Of a stretch of DNA of 64,000 nt, positions 48,631-56,623 are shown one piece after another. Position 1 is the stretch's first letter. Each line of letters begins with the position of its first letter. The notes under the pieces are model-generated. The model made no database searches, was not told the DNA's origin, and worked only from the letters and a program-made list of their open reading frames with translations. The stretch lies in the NCBI GenBank assembly GCA_038146865.1, contig JAYQSL010000007.1, positions 301,203-365,202 of the forward strand. The letters are read 5' to 3'. This stretch comes from Rhodospirillaceae bacterium. GTDB lineage: Bacteria > Pseudomonadota > Alphaproteobacteria > MPNO01 > UBA2964. The position numbers and the translations under genes were made by a program.

Positions 48631-48632
48631 CG

Positions 48633-49949
48633 ATGGGTATGGAGTGGTATGAGGCGGGAGGCCTTCTCCTTGGTTGCATTATCACCGGTATGGCTCTCGG
48701 CATACCCGTGGCCTTCACATTTATGGCAACAAATATTGTCGGGATCTTCGTTTTCTCCGGAGGCTGGCCAGTTCTGCCTCAAATCGCTGACAATGCGACC
48801 AACTTAATAACAACCTTTACCCTATCACCTATCCCTATGTTCATTCTCATGGGGTCAATGTTCTTTCATACAGGCCTCGCTATTAAAGTCTTTGATGCAT
48901 TGGATACATTGCTTGGGAAGATCCCAGGGCGCTTATGTTTTCTAACCGTCATCGGGGGGTCGCTGTTCTCGACGCTAACGGGCTCAACTATGGCCAATAC
49001 CGCGATGCTGGGTTCGCTGCTGGTCCCGGAGATGACGAGGCGGGGTTACAGCAAAAAAATGTCTATGGGTCCGATCCTTGGCACCGGTGGATTAGCCATG
49101 ATTATTCCGCCATCATCACTGGGTGTGCTGCTGGCGAGTATCGCGAATGTGGATGTTGGACGTCTTTTGATCGCAGGATTGTTGCCAGGTTTTCTTTTAG
49201 CCACCCTTTACGCGGGAATGATTTCTTTCCAACTTTGGCGTAATCCGGAGTCAGCTCCGTCTTACGATGTAGAGCCAACCACGTGGGGACAAAAGTTCTA
49301 TCAAATTGGCGTCAATATTTTGCCGATGGGTTTCGTAGTATTCCTTGTGATCGGATTTATTGTTCTTGGATGGGCAACGCCCTCTGAATCAGCCTCGTTC
49401 GGTGTTGTCGGCGTGTTCATCCTGGCTGCTGTCCGCCGCATGCTAAGCTTTGAGAATATTGCGAAGTCTCTTGAGGGCACCATCAGGGTTGCCGCAATGG
49501 TGTTCTTTATTCTTATGAATTCGACGGTTTTCAGCCAATTGTTATCAATATCAGGTGCTGGCAGAGGCCTAGTGGCTTGGGCGACAAGCTTTGAAGTGGC
49601 GCCTCTGGTCATATTGACGGCAATGTTCCTTGTATTGATTCTGCTTGGAATGTTTATGGATCAAGTGTCTATGATGCTGATCACAGTGCCAATTTTTTAT
49701 CCGTTAGCCGCGGCATTGGGCTACGATTTAATTTGGTTTTCACTGATTGTCCTGATGGCATTAGAGATGAGCGCGACAACACCGCCTTTCGGTTTGCTGT
49801 TATTTATCATGTTGGGAATGGTCAGAGGAACAACGTTGTTTGAAGTGGCAGCGGCAGCCATTCCCTTCCTGTTCTGTGACCTGATCCTGATCATTATTCT
49901 TGTCATTGCGCCCGGTTTGGCTCTTTATTTGCCTAGTCTTATGGGGTGA
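48633..49949 (+). CDS. TRAP transporter large permease (DctM family), system 1
   Basis: 438 aa, polytopic. GIPVAFTF, GSLFSTLTGSTMANTAMLG and TTPPFGLLLF blocks are typical of DctM. Confidence 0.9.
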   Translation: MGMEWYEAGGLLLGCIITGMALGIPVAFTFMATNIVGIFVFSGGWPVLPQIADNATNLITTFTLSPIPMFILMGSMFFHTGLAIKVFDALDTLLGKIPGRLCFLTVIGGSLFSTLTGSTMANTAMLGSLLVPEMTRRGYSKKMSMGPILGTGGLAMIIPPSSLGVLLASIANVDVGRLLIAGLLPGFLLATLYAGMISFQLWRNPESAPSYDVEPTTWGQKFYQIGVNILPMGFVVFLVIGFIVLGWATPSESASFGVVGVFILAAVRRMLSFENIAKSLEGTIRVAAMVFFILMNSTVFSQLLSISGAGRGLVAWATSFEVAPLVILTAMFLVLILLGMFMDQVSMMLITVPIFYPLAAALGYDLIWFSLIVLMALEMSATTPPFGLLLFIMLGMVRGTTLFEVAAAAIPFLFCDLILIIILVIAPGLALYLPSLMG

Positions 49950-49970
49950 CCAAGTTTTAATAAAATTATA

Positions 49971-49999
49971 AGCCCGGCCTTGAGCCGGGCTTTTCGTTT
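49971..49999 (+). terminator. intrinsic terminator after TRAP-1 operon
   Basis: AGCCCGGC (49971-49978) pairs with GCCGGGCT (49984-49991) around loop CTTGA, followed by TTTCGTTTC. Confidence 0.6.
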
Positions 50000-50049
50000 C
50001 CAGAACCCACTGATAACTTTATAAAAAAGAGAACCTAGGGAGCAATGTA

Positions 50050-50970
50050 ATGTCAGAGTATAAATTCAATAACATCAAGATTGAAAAGGGACAGGGTATT
50101 GGTTGGTTGATTTTAAATCGGCCTGAGAAACGAAACGCGATGAGCCCTGAGCTGCATATGGAGTGTGCGGATGCCTTAGATCTCTTGGCCGATGATGATG
50201 ACGTCAAGGTGCTCGTATTAACAGGTTCTGGAAAGGCTTTCAGCGCTGGTCAGGACCTTGCGCTTTATTTTAGAGCAAACCAAGATAATCCTAAGACCCG
50301 CGCCAAGGCTCGCGCCGCATCAAGTTCTTGGCGTTGGCATAAGCTTGTGAATTTTCCCAAGCCTACGATTGCAGCGGTGAATGGGTTTTGTTTTGGCGGT
50401 GCATTTACGCAGCTTTGCGCCTGTGATTTTGCGATTTCAGCAAATAACGCAACTTTTGGTTTGTCCGAGGTAAATTGGGGAATTATCCCTGGCGGCATTG
50501 TCAGCTGGAATGTTGCTGATGTTCTCTCCTATCGAGACGCCCTTTATTATGCGGTTACAGGTGATCCTTTTGACGGAAAGACCGCTGAGAAAATACGCCT
50601 AGTCAATTATTCTGTCCCAGCGAACAAGCTTCGCTCTGAAACAATAAAGTTAGCCAAAAAGTTAATGACTAAAAGCCCGAATGCTATGCGTTACACAAAG
50701 GAAGCAATTCGGAGTGTACGTCGGATGAATGAGCCTGAGGCTGCAGATTACCTCAACGCGAAAAGCATCGCTTGTAAAGCAACTGACCCTATTCCCGGTC
50801 GTGATGAGGGTATGAGACAGTTCTTAGACGAAAAAAGCTATCGCCCAGGGTTGGGTCAATTAGATCTTAAGAAGGCGGCTGCGAGAGGTAAGGGCGCGTC
50901 TGGTCAAAAGACATCCGCCGGTAAAAAAGCAGCGGCAAAAAAAGCAAAAAAGACCGCTCGAAAGCGCTAA
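50050..50970 (+). CDS. hydroxycinnamoyl-CoA hydratase/lyase (HCHL)-like crotonase with Lys/Ala-rich C-terminal tail
   Basis: 306 aa. It is collinear with my recollection of Pseudomonas fluorescens HCHL across its length. Shared blocks: ILNRPEKRNAMSP, AGQDL.LYFR, KPTIAAVNGFCFGG, ATFGLSEVNWGIIPG, GMRQFLDEKSYRPGL. AGGGAG Shine-Dalgarno sequence upstream. Confidence 0.75.
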   Translation: MSEYKFNNIKIEKGQGIGWLILNRPEKRNAMSPELHMECADALDLLADDDDVKVLVLTGSGKAFSAGQDLALYFRANQDNPKTRAKARAASSSWRWHKLVNFPKPTIAAVNGFCFGGAFTQLCACDFAISANNATFGLSEVNWGIIPGGIVSWNVADVLSYRDALYYAVTGDPFDGKTAEKIRLVNYSVPANKLRSETIKLAKKLMTKSPNAMRYTKEAIRSVRRMNEPEAADYLNAKSIACKATDPIPGRDEGMRQFLDEKSYRPGLGQLDLKKAAARGKGASGQKTSAGKKAAAKKAKKTARKR

Positions 50971-51037
50971 GGCGAGTGAGCAGTGGACGATAAATTCGGC
51001 CGTTGTTGGTTTGATTAGGTCAAATGGGTGAGGGGTG

Positions 51038-51319
51038 ATGGCGATAGAACTTTATCATAATGGTATGTCAACTTGCTCTCAAAAGGTGAGGCTCACCTTG
51101 GCTGAAAAAGGTCAAGATTTTTACTCCCATCACTTTAATTTGCGCGCCCGTGATCAGCATAAACCAGAGTATCTTGAGTTAAACCCAAATGGGGTTGTCC
51201 CCACCATTATTCATAATGGAAAAATTATTTATGAGTCAGCTGTCATCGATGAATATCTTGATGATGTGTTTCCCGATCCGGCTCTCAGATCTAAAGATCC
51301 ATTTGAACGCTCATTATGA
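51038..51319 (+). CDS. glutathione S-transferase, N-terminal thioredoxin-like domain only (split gene, part 1)
   Basis: IELYHNGMSTCSQKVRLTLAEKG...NPNGVVPTIIHNGKIIYESAVIDEYLDDVFP is a complete GST N-domain. It stops at TGA 51317-51319, at the domain boundary. Confidence 0.7.
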   Translation: MAIELYHNGMSTCSQKVRLTLAEKGQDFYSHHFNLRARDQHKPEYLELNPNGVVPTIIHNGKIIYESAVIDEYLDDVFPDPALRSKDPFERSL

Positions 51320-51837
51320 GGAGATGGGTGAAGCAGCTAGATGAAGGGCTTCATGCTGCAAGCGCAACCATTAGCGCCTGCATTGCTTTCAGATATCAAT
51401 TTATGGAAGGCAAAACTTCTGAAGAACTTCAAAAGACCCTCGATGGGTACGTAAATCCGGAAAAAAGACGGAGGATGACCGAGAACGTGCTGGAAGGCGT
51501 AGAGTCGACCTTTTTTAAACCAGCAATCGCTCGCATCGTGAAGATGCTGGACGATATGGAAGCCGATTTACACCAATATCCTTGGATTGCGGGGGCGTCA
51601 TACTCCCTGGCCGATATTGCTTTAACGCCCTATGTCACCAGAGTTGTGCATTTAAAACAAGATTGGCTTTTTGACACTCGCCCAAAAGTTGCGGCGTGGT
51701 TTGAGAAAATATGCGCTCGTCCCAACTACCAGATAGCTATGCGCCAATGGTTTATCGATGATTTCATTACATTGATGGCTTCGAAGGGAGAGGAAAATAA
51801 ACCGGGGGTCAAGAAAGTCATTCAGGAAACTGTATGA
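51316..51837 (+). CDS. glutathione S-transferase, C-terminal helical domain only (split gene, part 2)
   Basis: 173 aa. MRRWVKQLDEGLH... continues the GST fold (WIAGASYSLADIALTPYV is the C-domain core). Its ATG overlaps the part-1 stop (ATGA 51316-51319). Confidence 0.7.
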   Translation: MRRWVKQLDEGLHAASATISACIAFRYQFMEGKTSEELQKTLDGYVNPEKRRRMTENVLEGVESTFFKPAIARIVKMLDDMEADLHQYPWIAGASYSLADIALTPYVTRVVHLKQDWLFDTRPKVAAWFEKICARPNYQIAMRQWFIDDFITLMASKGEENKPGVKKVIQETV

Positions 51838-51965
51838 AATTTAATTTTACCTTGCCGATTTCAGAAGAATTTTTTGATGCTAATAAAACGGAAACCTAGT
51901 TTACTTTATTAGAACACAGTTTAACCGGTTGAGTTCTCTTAACTGGATGAAAGGGAGAGTAATTA

Positions 51966-53165
51966 ATGAAGAAGATCCTAGTTTACGGTATTTCTGCGCT
52001 TGCGTTGTGTTTTACAGCGCCCTACGCGATGGCCGCGAAGGCGAAGAAAATAAAGATTGGGTTTGTTACCACCCTGTCTGGAGGTGCGGGAGTTATTGGT
52101 AAAGATATGCGCCAATCAGTAGAGATCGCGCTTGATCACCTCGCTAACAAAATGGGAGGTATTCCGGTTGAGGTGCTGTTTGAGGATGATCAAGTCAAAC
52201 CTGAGGTCGGTAAGCAGAAAACAGAAAAGCTTCTTAATAAAGATAAAGTCGATTTCTTGTCTGGATTTATTTGGTCACACGTTTTGTTGGCTTCGAGAAA
52301 TTCAGCTGTTAAATCGGGTAAATTCTTGATTGTTTCTAACGCGGGAACTTCAAAAATAGCGGGTAGGCTCTGTCACAAAAATATTTTTTCGACCTCATGG
52401 CAAAATGATCAGGTGCCAATGGCCCTGGGTGAGGTGTTAAATAAAAGAGGTGTAAAAAGCCTCTATATCGTTGCTCCTAATTATGCGGCGGGTCGTGACA
52501 TGGTCGCCGGTGTCGAGCGCACATTTAAGGGCAAAGTGTTGGGTAAAGACCTTACTAAATGGCCCACCCAACTAGATTTTTCAGCGGAACTTGCAAAGGC
52601 AAGGGCAGCGAATGCAGAAGGCGTATTCATATTTTATCCGGGCCGGGCAACCAATGCCTTTTTCCGTCAATATGCCCAAGCAGGTATGACTAAGACGCCG
52701 TTATATTCAGTCTTCAGCGTTGACTCTCTCAGCCTTCCCAAGCTTCAACAAGCTAAACTCCAAAATGTTCTTGGAACTTATAGCACCCAGTTTTGGTCTC
52801 CAGACTTGGATACTCCAGTTAACAAAAAGTTTGTGGCGGATTACCGAGCGAAGTTCAATGCCTATCCGTCTCACTACGGAGCGCAGAGCTATGACTCAAT
52901 AATGATGATTGCCGATGCGGTTAAAGCGGTTGGCGGAGATCTCTCGAAAATGGATGCAATGCGAGATCAGATGCGAAAAGCATCGTATCCGTCGGTCAGG
53001 GGGGACTTCTCCTATGGAAATAATCATTTTCCAGTCCAAGATTTTTATCTCAGAGAAGTTGTAAAAGACTCTACTGGGAACTGGACGACGAAGATCGTTC
53101 AAAAAGTCTATGAAAACCATCAAGATGTTTACGCGAAAAAATGTAAGATGAAAAAATCTTGGTGA
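51966..53165 (+). CDS. ABC transporter substrate-binding protein (LivJ / Peripla_BP_6 type)
   Basis: 399 aa. Signal peptide MKKILVYGISALALCFTAPYAMA, then IKIGFVTTLSGGAGVIGKD typical of branched-chain-amino-acid-type binding proteins. Confidence 0.85.
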   Translation: MKKILVYGISALALCFTAPYAMAAKAKKIKIGFVTTLSGGAGVIGKDMRQSVEIALDHLANKMGGIPVEVLFEDDQVKPEVGKQKTEKLLNKDKVDFLSGFIWSHVLLASRNSAVKSGKFLIVSNAGTSKIAGRLCHKNIFSTSWQNDQVPMALGEVLNKRGVKSLYIVAPNYAAGRDMVAGVERTFKGKVLGKDLTKWPTQLDFSAELAKARAANAEGVFIFYPGRATNAFFRQYAQAGMTKTPLYSVFSVDSLSLPKLQQAKLQNVLGTYSTQFWSPDLDTPVNKKFVADYRAKFNAYPSHYGAQSYDSIMMIADAVKAVGGDLSKMDAMRDQMRKASYPSVRGDFSYGNNHFPVQDFYLREVVKDSTGNWTTKIVQKVYENHQDVYAKKCKMKKSW

Positions 53166-53186
53166 TGCTGAATTGCTAATTTGATC

Positions 53187-53214
53187 GGGGGCGCCTAGGC
53201 GCCCCCTTTTATTT
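53187..53214 (+). terminator. intrinsic terminator/attenuator after the ABC binding-protein gene
   Basis: GGGGGCGCC (53187-53195) pairs with GGCGCCCCC (53198-53206), followed by TTTTATTT. It lies between the binding-protein gene and the first permease gene. Confidence 0.65.
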
Positions 53215-53230
53215 ATCGAGTCCGGTTTCA

Positions 53231-54154
53231 ATGTTCGACCCCAACCTTTTATTTGAACAATTTTTTAATGGGCTCCAGCTAGGGCTCCTTTTGTTTTTGC
53301 TTGCTGCTGGGTTAACGCTCGTTTTTGGCATAATGGACATGATGAACTTGGCGCACGGGTCGCTTTACATGTTGGGGGCATATGTTGCGGCGCAGATTAC
53401 CCTTTGGACAGGCTCTTTCCTCCTGGGTGTGGCTGTATCGCTGCCAGTTATTCTTTTGTTAGGCGTTTGTCTGGAGGCAGGTCTCCTGCGCCCCCTTTAT
53501 GCGCGCGGACATCTGGATCAAGTATTGGCTACCTTTGGAATGATTTTATTCTTTAACGAGTTCGTTCGGCTTGTTTGGGGGCCGGAAGGGATAGAAGTTC
53601 CATTGCCTGATTTTTTGAAGGGGAACATCGTTATTTTCGATATTCCTCTTCCAAACTATCGACTTGTGGTTATTAGCGTTGGTTTGTTGGTAGCTTTGAT
53701 GATGTATCTGCTCGTTACTAGGACGCGTACAGGGATGCTTATTCGAGCCGGGGCATCGAACAGAGATATGGTGCAAGCGCTTGGCATTGATATCAACCGT
53801 GTATTTACTCTGGTTTTCGGGATCGGTGCTGCTTTGGCCGCTTTGGCCGGGGCATTGGCTGGCCCAATCCTCGCAGTTACGATTGGCATGGGCGAGAACA
53901 TACTAATTCAGGTTCTTGTGGTGATCGTGATAGGGGGGATTGGCTCGATACGAGGCGCTTTCGTAGGTGCCATGCTGATTGGTATAATTGATATTTTGGG
54001 TCGTTCGTTTCTAGACACTTTCTTTAAATTATTTTTACCTGTGAATGCGGCAGAGACAGCGGGTCCAGCAGTCGCCTCTATGCTGATTTACATACTCATG
54101 GCCGCCGTTTTGTTTTTTAAGCCGCAGGGCCTTTTTCCAGCTAAAACGGGTTAA
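53231..54154 (+). CDS. branched-chain-amino-acid-type ABC permease (LivH family)
   Basis: 307 aa, polytopic. The FNGLQLG...GLTLVFGIMDMMNLAHG N-terminus is typical of LivH. Confidence 0.85.
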   Translation: MFDPNLLFEQFFNGLQLGLLLFLLAAGLTLVFGIMDMMNLAHGSLYMLGAYVAAQITLWTGSFLLGVAVSLPVILLLGVCLEAGLLRPLYARGHLDQVLATFGMILFFNEFVRLVWGPEGIEVPLPDFLKGNIVIFDIPLPNYRLVVISVGLLVALMMYLLVTRTRTGMLIRAGASNRDMVQALGIDINRVFTLVFGIGAALAALAGALAGPILAVTIGMGENILIQVLVVIVIGGIGSIRGAFVGAMLIGIIDILGRSFLDTFFKLFLPVNAAETAGPAVASMLIYILMAAVLFFKPQGLFPAKTG

Positions 54155-54157
54155 TTA

Positions 54158-55105
54158 ATGGGTAATAGGGCGCAAATAATAATTGTGGGTACGATTTTTG
54201 TGGGACTGGGACTCGTCCCGCTTTTTGCCGAGCTGACCCAGACTCCTTTTTACCTCGATTTGGCTCGACGAATGATGATCCTCGCAATCGGAGCCCTCAG
54301 TTTGAATTTGATCATGGGGTACGGCGGACTGATAAGTTTTGGTCATGCTGCCTATATTGGAATTGGAGCCTATGTGGTCGGTATTTGTGCAGAGCACGAA
54401 TTAGTTAGTGGATTTATTCAATGGCCCCTCGCAATAATCGTATCAGGGCTGTTCGCGATTATCTTTGGCCTAATTAGTCTAAGAACGCGAGGGGTTTACT
54501 TCATTATGATCACACTGGCTTTGGCGCAGATGATGTATTTCCTGGGTGTGAGTTTAGACCGCTATGGCGGGGATGATGGCTTGCCACTCATCGAGAGGAG
54601 TAACTTTGGTGCGGTCGTCGATATAACCAATAACGTAACTTTATATTTCATTGTCTTAGGGGCTCTTGTCTTATCCCTTTTGTTTTGCAAGCGCTTGATT
54701 AACTCTCGCTTTGGGATGGTTCTCCAGGGTACGAGATCTAACGAAACGCGTATGAAGACCATCGGCTTTCCTACACTTCGTTATCAGCTCACCGCTTTTG
54801 TCATAGCAGGCATGATGGCCGGGTTTGCAGGCGCTTTATTAGCCAATCACACTGATTTTATTAACCCCGATATGATGCATTGGACCCGTTCTGGGGATCT
54901 CATTATCATGGTGTTGCTCGGCGGCATGGGTAGTCTTGCGGGCCCGGTCGTCGGGGCCCTCGCTTTCATCCTCTTAGAAGAGTTGTTATCTGGCGTTACC
55001 GAATATTGGCAACTTATTTTTGGTCCTTTTTTAATCCTTGTTGTTCTATTTGCGAGGGGCGGGTTGTTAGGTTTTTTTGCTAATAAAGAGCAACGCGATG
55101 AATGA
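54158..55105 (+). CDS. branched-chain-amino-acid-type ABC permease (LivM family)
   Basis: 315 aa, polytopic. The LSLNLIMGYGGLISFGHAAYIGIGAY block is typical of LivM. Confidence 0.85.
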   Translation: MGNRAQIIIVGTIFVGLGLVPLFAELTQTPFYLDLARRMMILAIGALSLNLIMGYGGLISFGHAAYIGIGAYVVGICAEHELVSGFIQWPLAIIVSGLFAIIFGLISLRTRGVYFIMITLALAQMMYFLGVSLDRYGGDDGLPLIERSNFGAVVDITNNVTLYFIVLGALVLSLLFCKRLINSRFGMVLQGTRSNETRMKTIGFPTLRYQLTAFVIAGMMAGFAGALLANHTDFINPDMMHWTRSGDLIIMVLLGGMGSLAGPVVGALAFILLEELLSGVTEYWQLIFGPFLILVVLFARGGLLGFFANKEQRDE

Positions 55106-55856
55106 AATCGTTTTGGAGGTTAACGGACTTTGCAAGAGCTTTGGCGGGGTCTTGGCCACGGATCACTTGGATCTAGGTGTCGAACAGGGTTCCATTCATG
55201 CGGTGATTGGTCCCAATGGCGCAGGGAAGACGACATTGATTAATCAACTTTCTGGTTTGCTGAGTAGCGATGATGGAAAGATTCAATTTAATAGAAGCGA
55301 TATCACGAACCTCTCTGCGCCTGCGCGCGCTAAAATGGGGCTTGCACGTACTTTCCAGATCACCTCGGTATTTGGCGAGTTCACGGCCTTGGAAAATGTC
55401 TCCCTGGCTGTTCAGGCTCACGATGGGCACTCTTTTAAGTTTTGGCACGACGCTAGAGGAGACAAGTTCCTGACAGAACCAGCTCTCGAAGCTCTAACAA
55501 TAGTGGGGCTCGAAGAACGTCAATCGATCAAAGCAAGCTTGATGTCTCACGGAGAGAGGCGCCAACTAGAAATCGCGATGGCTCTGGCGACGAAGCCGAA
55601 AATGTTACTACTGGATGAGCCAATGGCAGGAATGGGCCCGGAAGAATCAAATAGAATGGTTTCAATTCTGTCTCAGCTTAAGGGTAAGGTAACAATTCTA
55701 CTTATTGAGCATGATATGGGTGCGGTGTTCTCCCTTGCGGATAAAATTACAGTCTTGGTTTATGGCGGCGGGATAGCGACGGGCACCCCGGATCAAATAA
55801 GAGCTAATCCCGTAGTTAGATCCGCTTATCTAGGGGATGAGGATTTGGAGAGCTGA
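55098..55856 (+). CDS. ABC transporter ATP-binding protein (LivG family)
   Basis: The ORF track starts at 55077. ATG 55098 (MNEIVLEVNGL) overlaps the LivM-like stop. Walker A GPNGAGKTT, signature LSHGERRQLEIAMAL, Walker B LLLDEPMAG. Confidence 0.9.
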   Translation: MNEIVLEVNGLCKSFGGVLATDHLDLGVEQGSIHAVIGPNGAGKTTLINQLSGLLSSDDGKIQFNRSDITNLSAPARAKMGLARTFQITSVFGEFTALENVSLAVQAHDGHSFKFWHDARGDKFLTEPALEALTIVGLEERQSIKASLMSHGERRQLEIAMALATKPKMLLLDEPMAGMGPEESNRMVSILSQLKGKVTILLIEHDMGAVFSLADKITVLVYGGGIATGTPDQIRANPVVRSAYLGDEDLES

Positions 55857-56557
55857 TGCTCGAAGTTAGACACCTAGAAACTTCATACGGCTCGAGCCAA
55901 GTTTTATATGGTATAGAACTTCAAATTGGCGCAGGACAAGTTGTGACCCTTATGGGCAGAAATGGTATGGGCAAGACCACCACAATAAAGTCTATTTGTG
56001 GAATGGTGCCGCCGAAAGCGGGATCTATTATCCTTGAGGGGCAAGATATTGTCGGTCTCCCATCCCATAAAATAGCGAGAGCCGGTATCGGACTTGTCCC
56101 TGAAGGTCGACAAATTTTTCCAAACCTGACCGTAAAAGAAAATCTTGTTGCAACAGCGCGAAATTTTGCGGGTTCTCCTAATCCATGGACTATTGATCGT
56201 GTTTTGGACTTTTTTCCCTCCGTGGCTGCTCGTATAAATGGGATGGGGAATGAACTGTCCGGTGGTGAACAGCAAATGTTAGCGATCGGTCGTGCCCTTA
56301 TGACGAACCCAAAGCTTTTGATCCTTGATGAGGCAACAGAAGGGCTTGCGCCCCAAATTCGCGCCGATATTTGGCAATCTCTTGCTGAATTGAAATCTGA
56401 AGGTCAGGCGATACTAGTTATTGATAAAAATTTAGCGGCGTTAAACAGGATTGCTGATAAGCATTTTATCATTGAGAAAGGTGTTAGCGTATGGTCGGGC
56501 ACACCCGAAGCACTAAATGCTGAGCCGAAAATTAAAGAACGTTACCTCGGAGTCTAA
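55856..56557 (+). CDS. ABC transporter ATP-binding protein (LivF family)
   Basis: 233 aa. Walker A GRNGMGKTT, signature LSGGEQQMLAIGRAL, Walker B LILDEATEG. TGATG overlap with the upstream gene. Confidence 0.9.
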   Translation: MLEVRHLETSYGSSQVLYGIELQIGAGQVVTLMGRNGMGKTTTIKSICGMVPPKAGSIILEGQDIVGLPSHKIARAGIGLVPEGRQIFPNLTVKENLVATARNFAGSPNPWTIDRVLDFFPSVAARINGMGNELSGGEQQMLAIGRALMTNPKLLILDEATEGLAPQIRADIWQSLAELKSEGQAILVIDKNLAALNRIADKHFIIEKGVSVWSGTPEALNAEPKIKERYLGV

Positions 56558-56571
56558 AAAGTTCGGTACAT

Positions 56572-56598
56572 AAAAAAAGGCGCCTCTCGAGAGAGGCG
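56572..56598 (-). terminator. intrinsic terminator after the TRAP-2 binding-protein gene (possibly bidirectional)
   Basis: Perfect 20-nt palindrome GGCGCCTCTC/GAGAGGCGCC (56579-56598). On the minus strand it is followed by a T7 run (A7 at 56572-56578 on the plus strand). It lies between the convergent LivF-like and DctP-2 genes. Confidence 0.65.
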
Positions 56599-56623
56599 CC
56601 TGTAACTAAAAATAATTCTGTTC

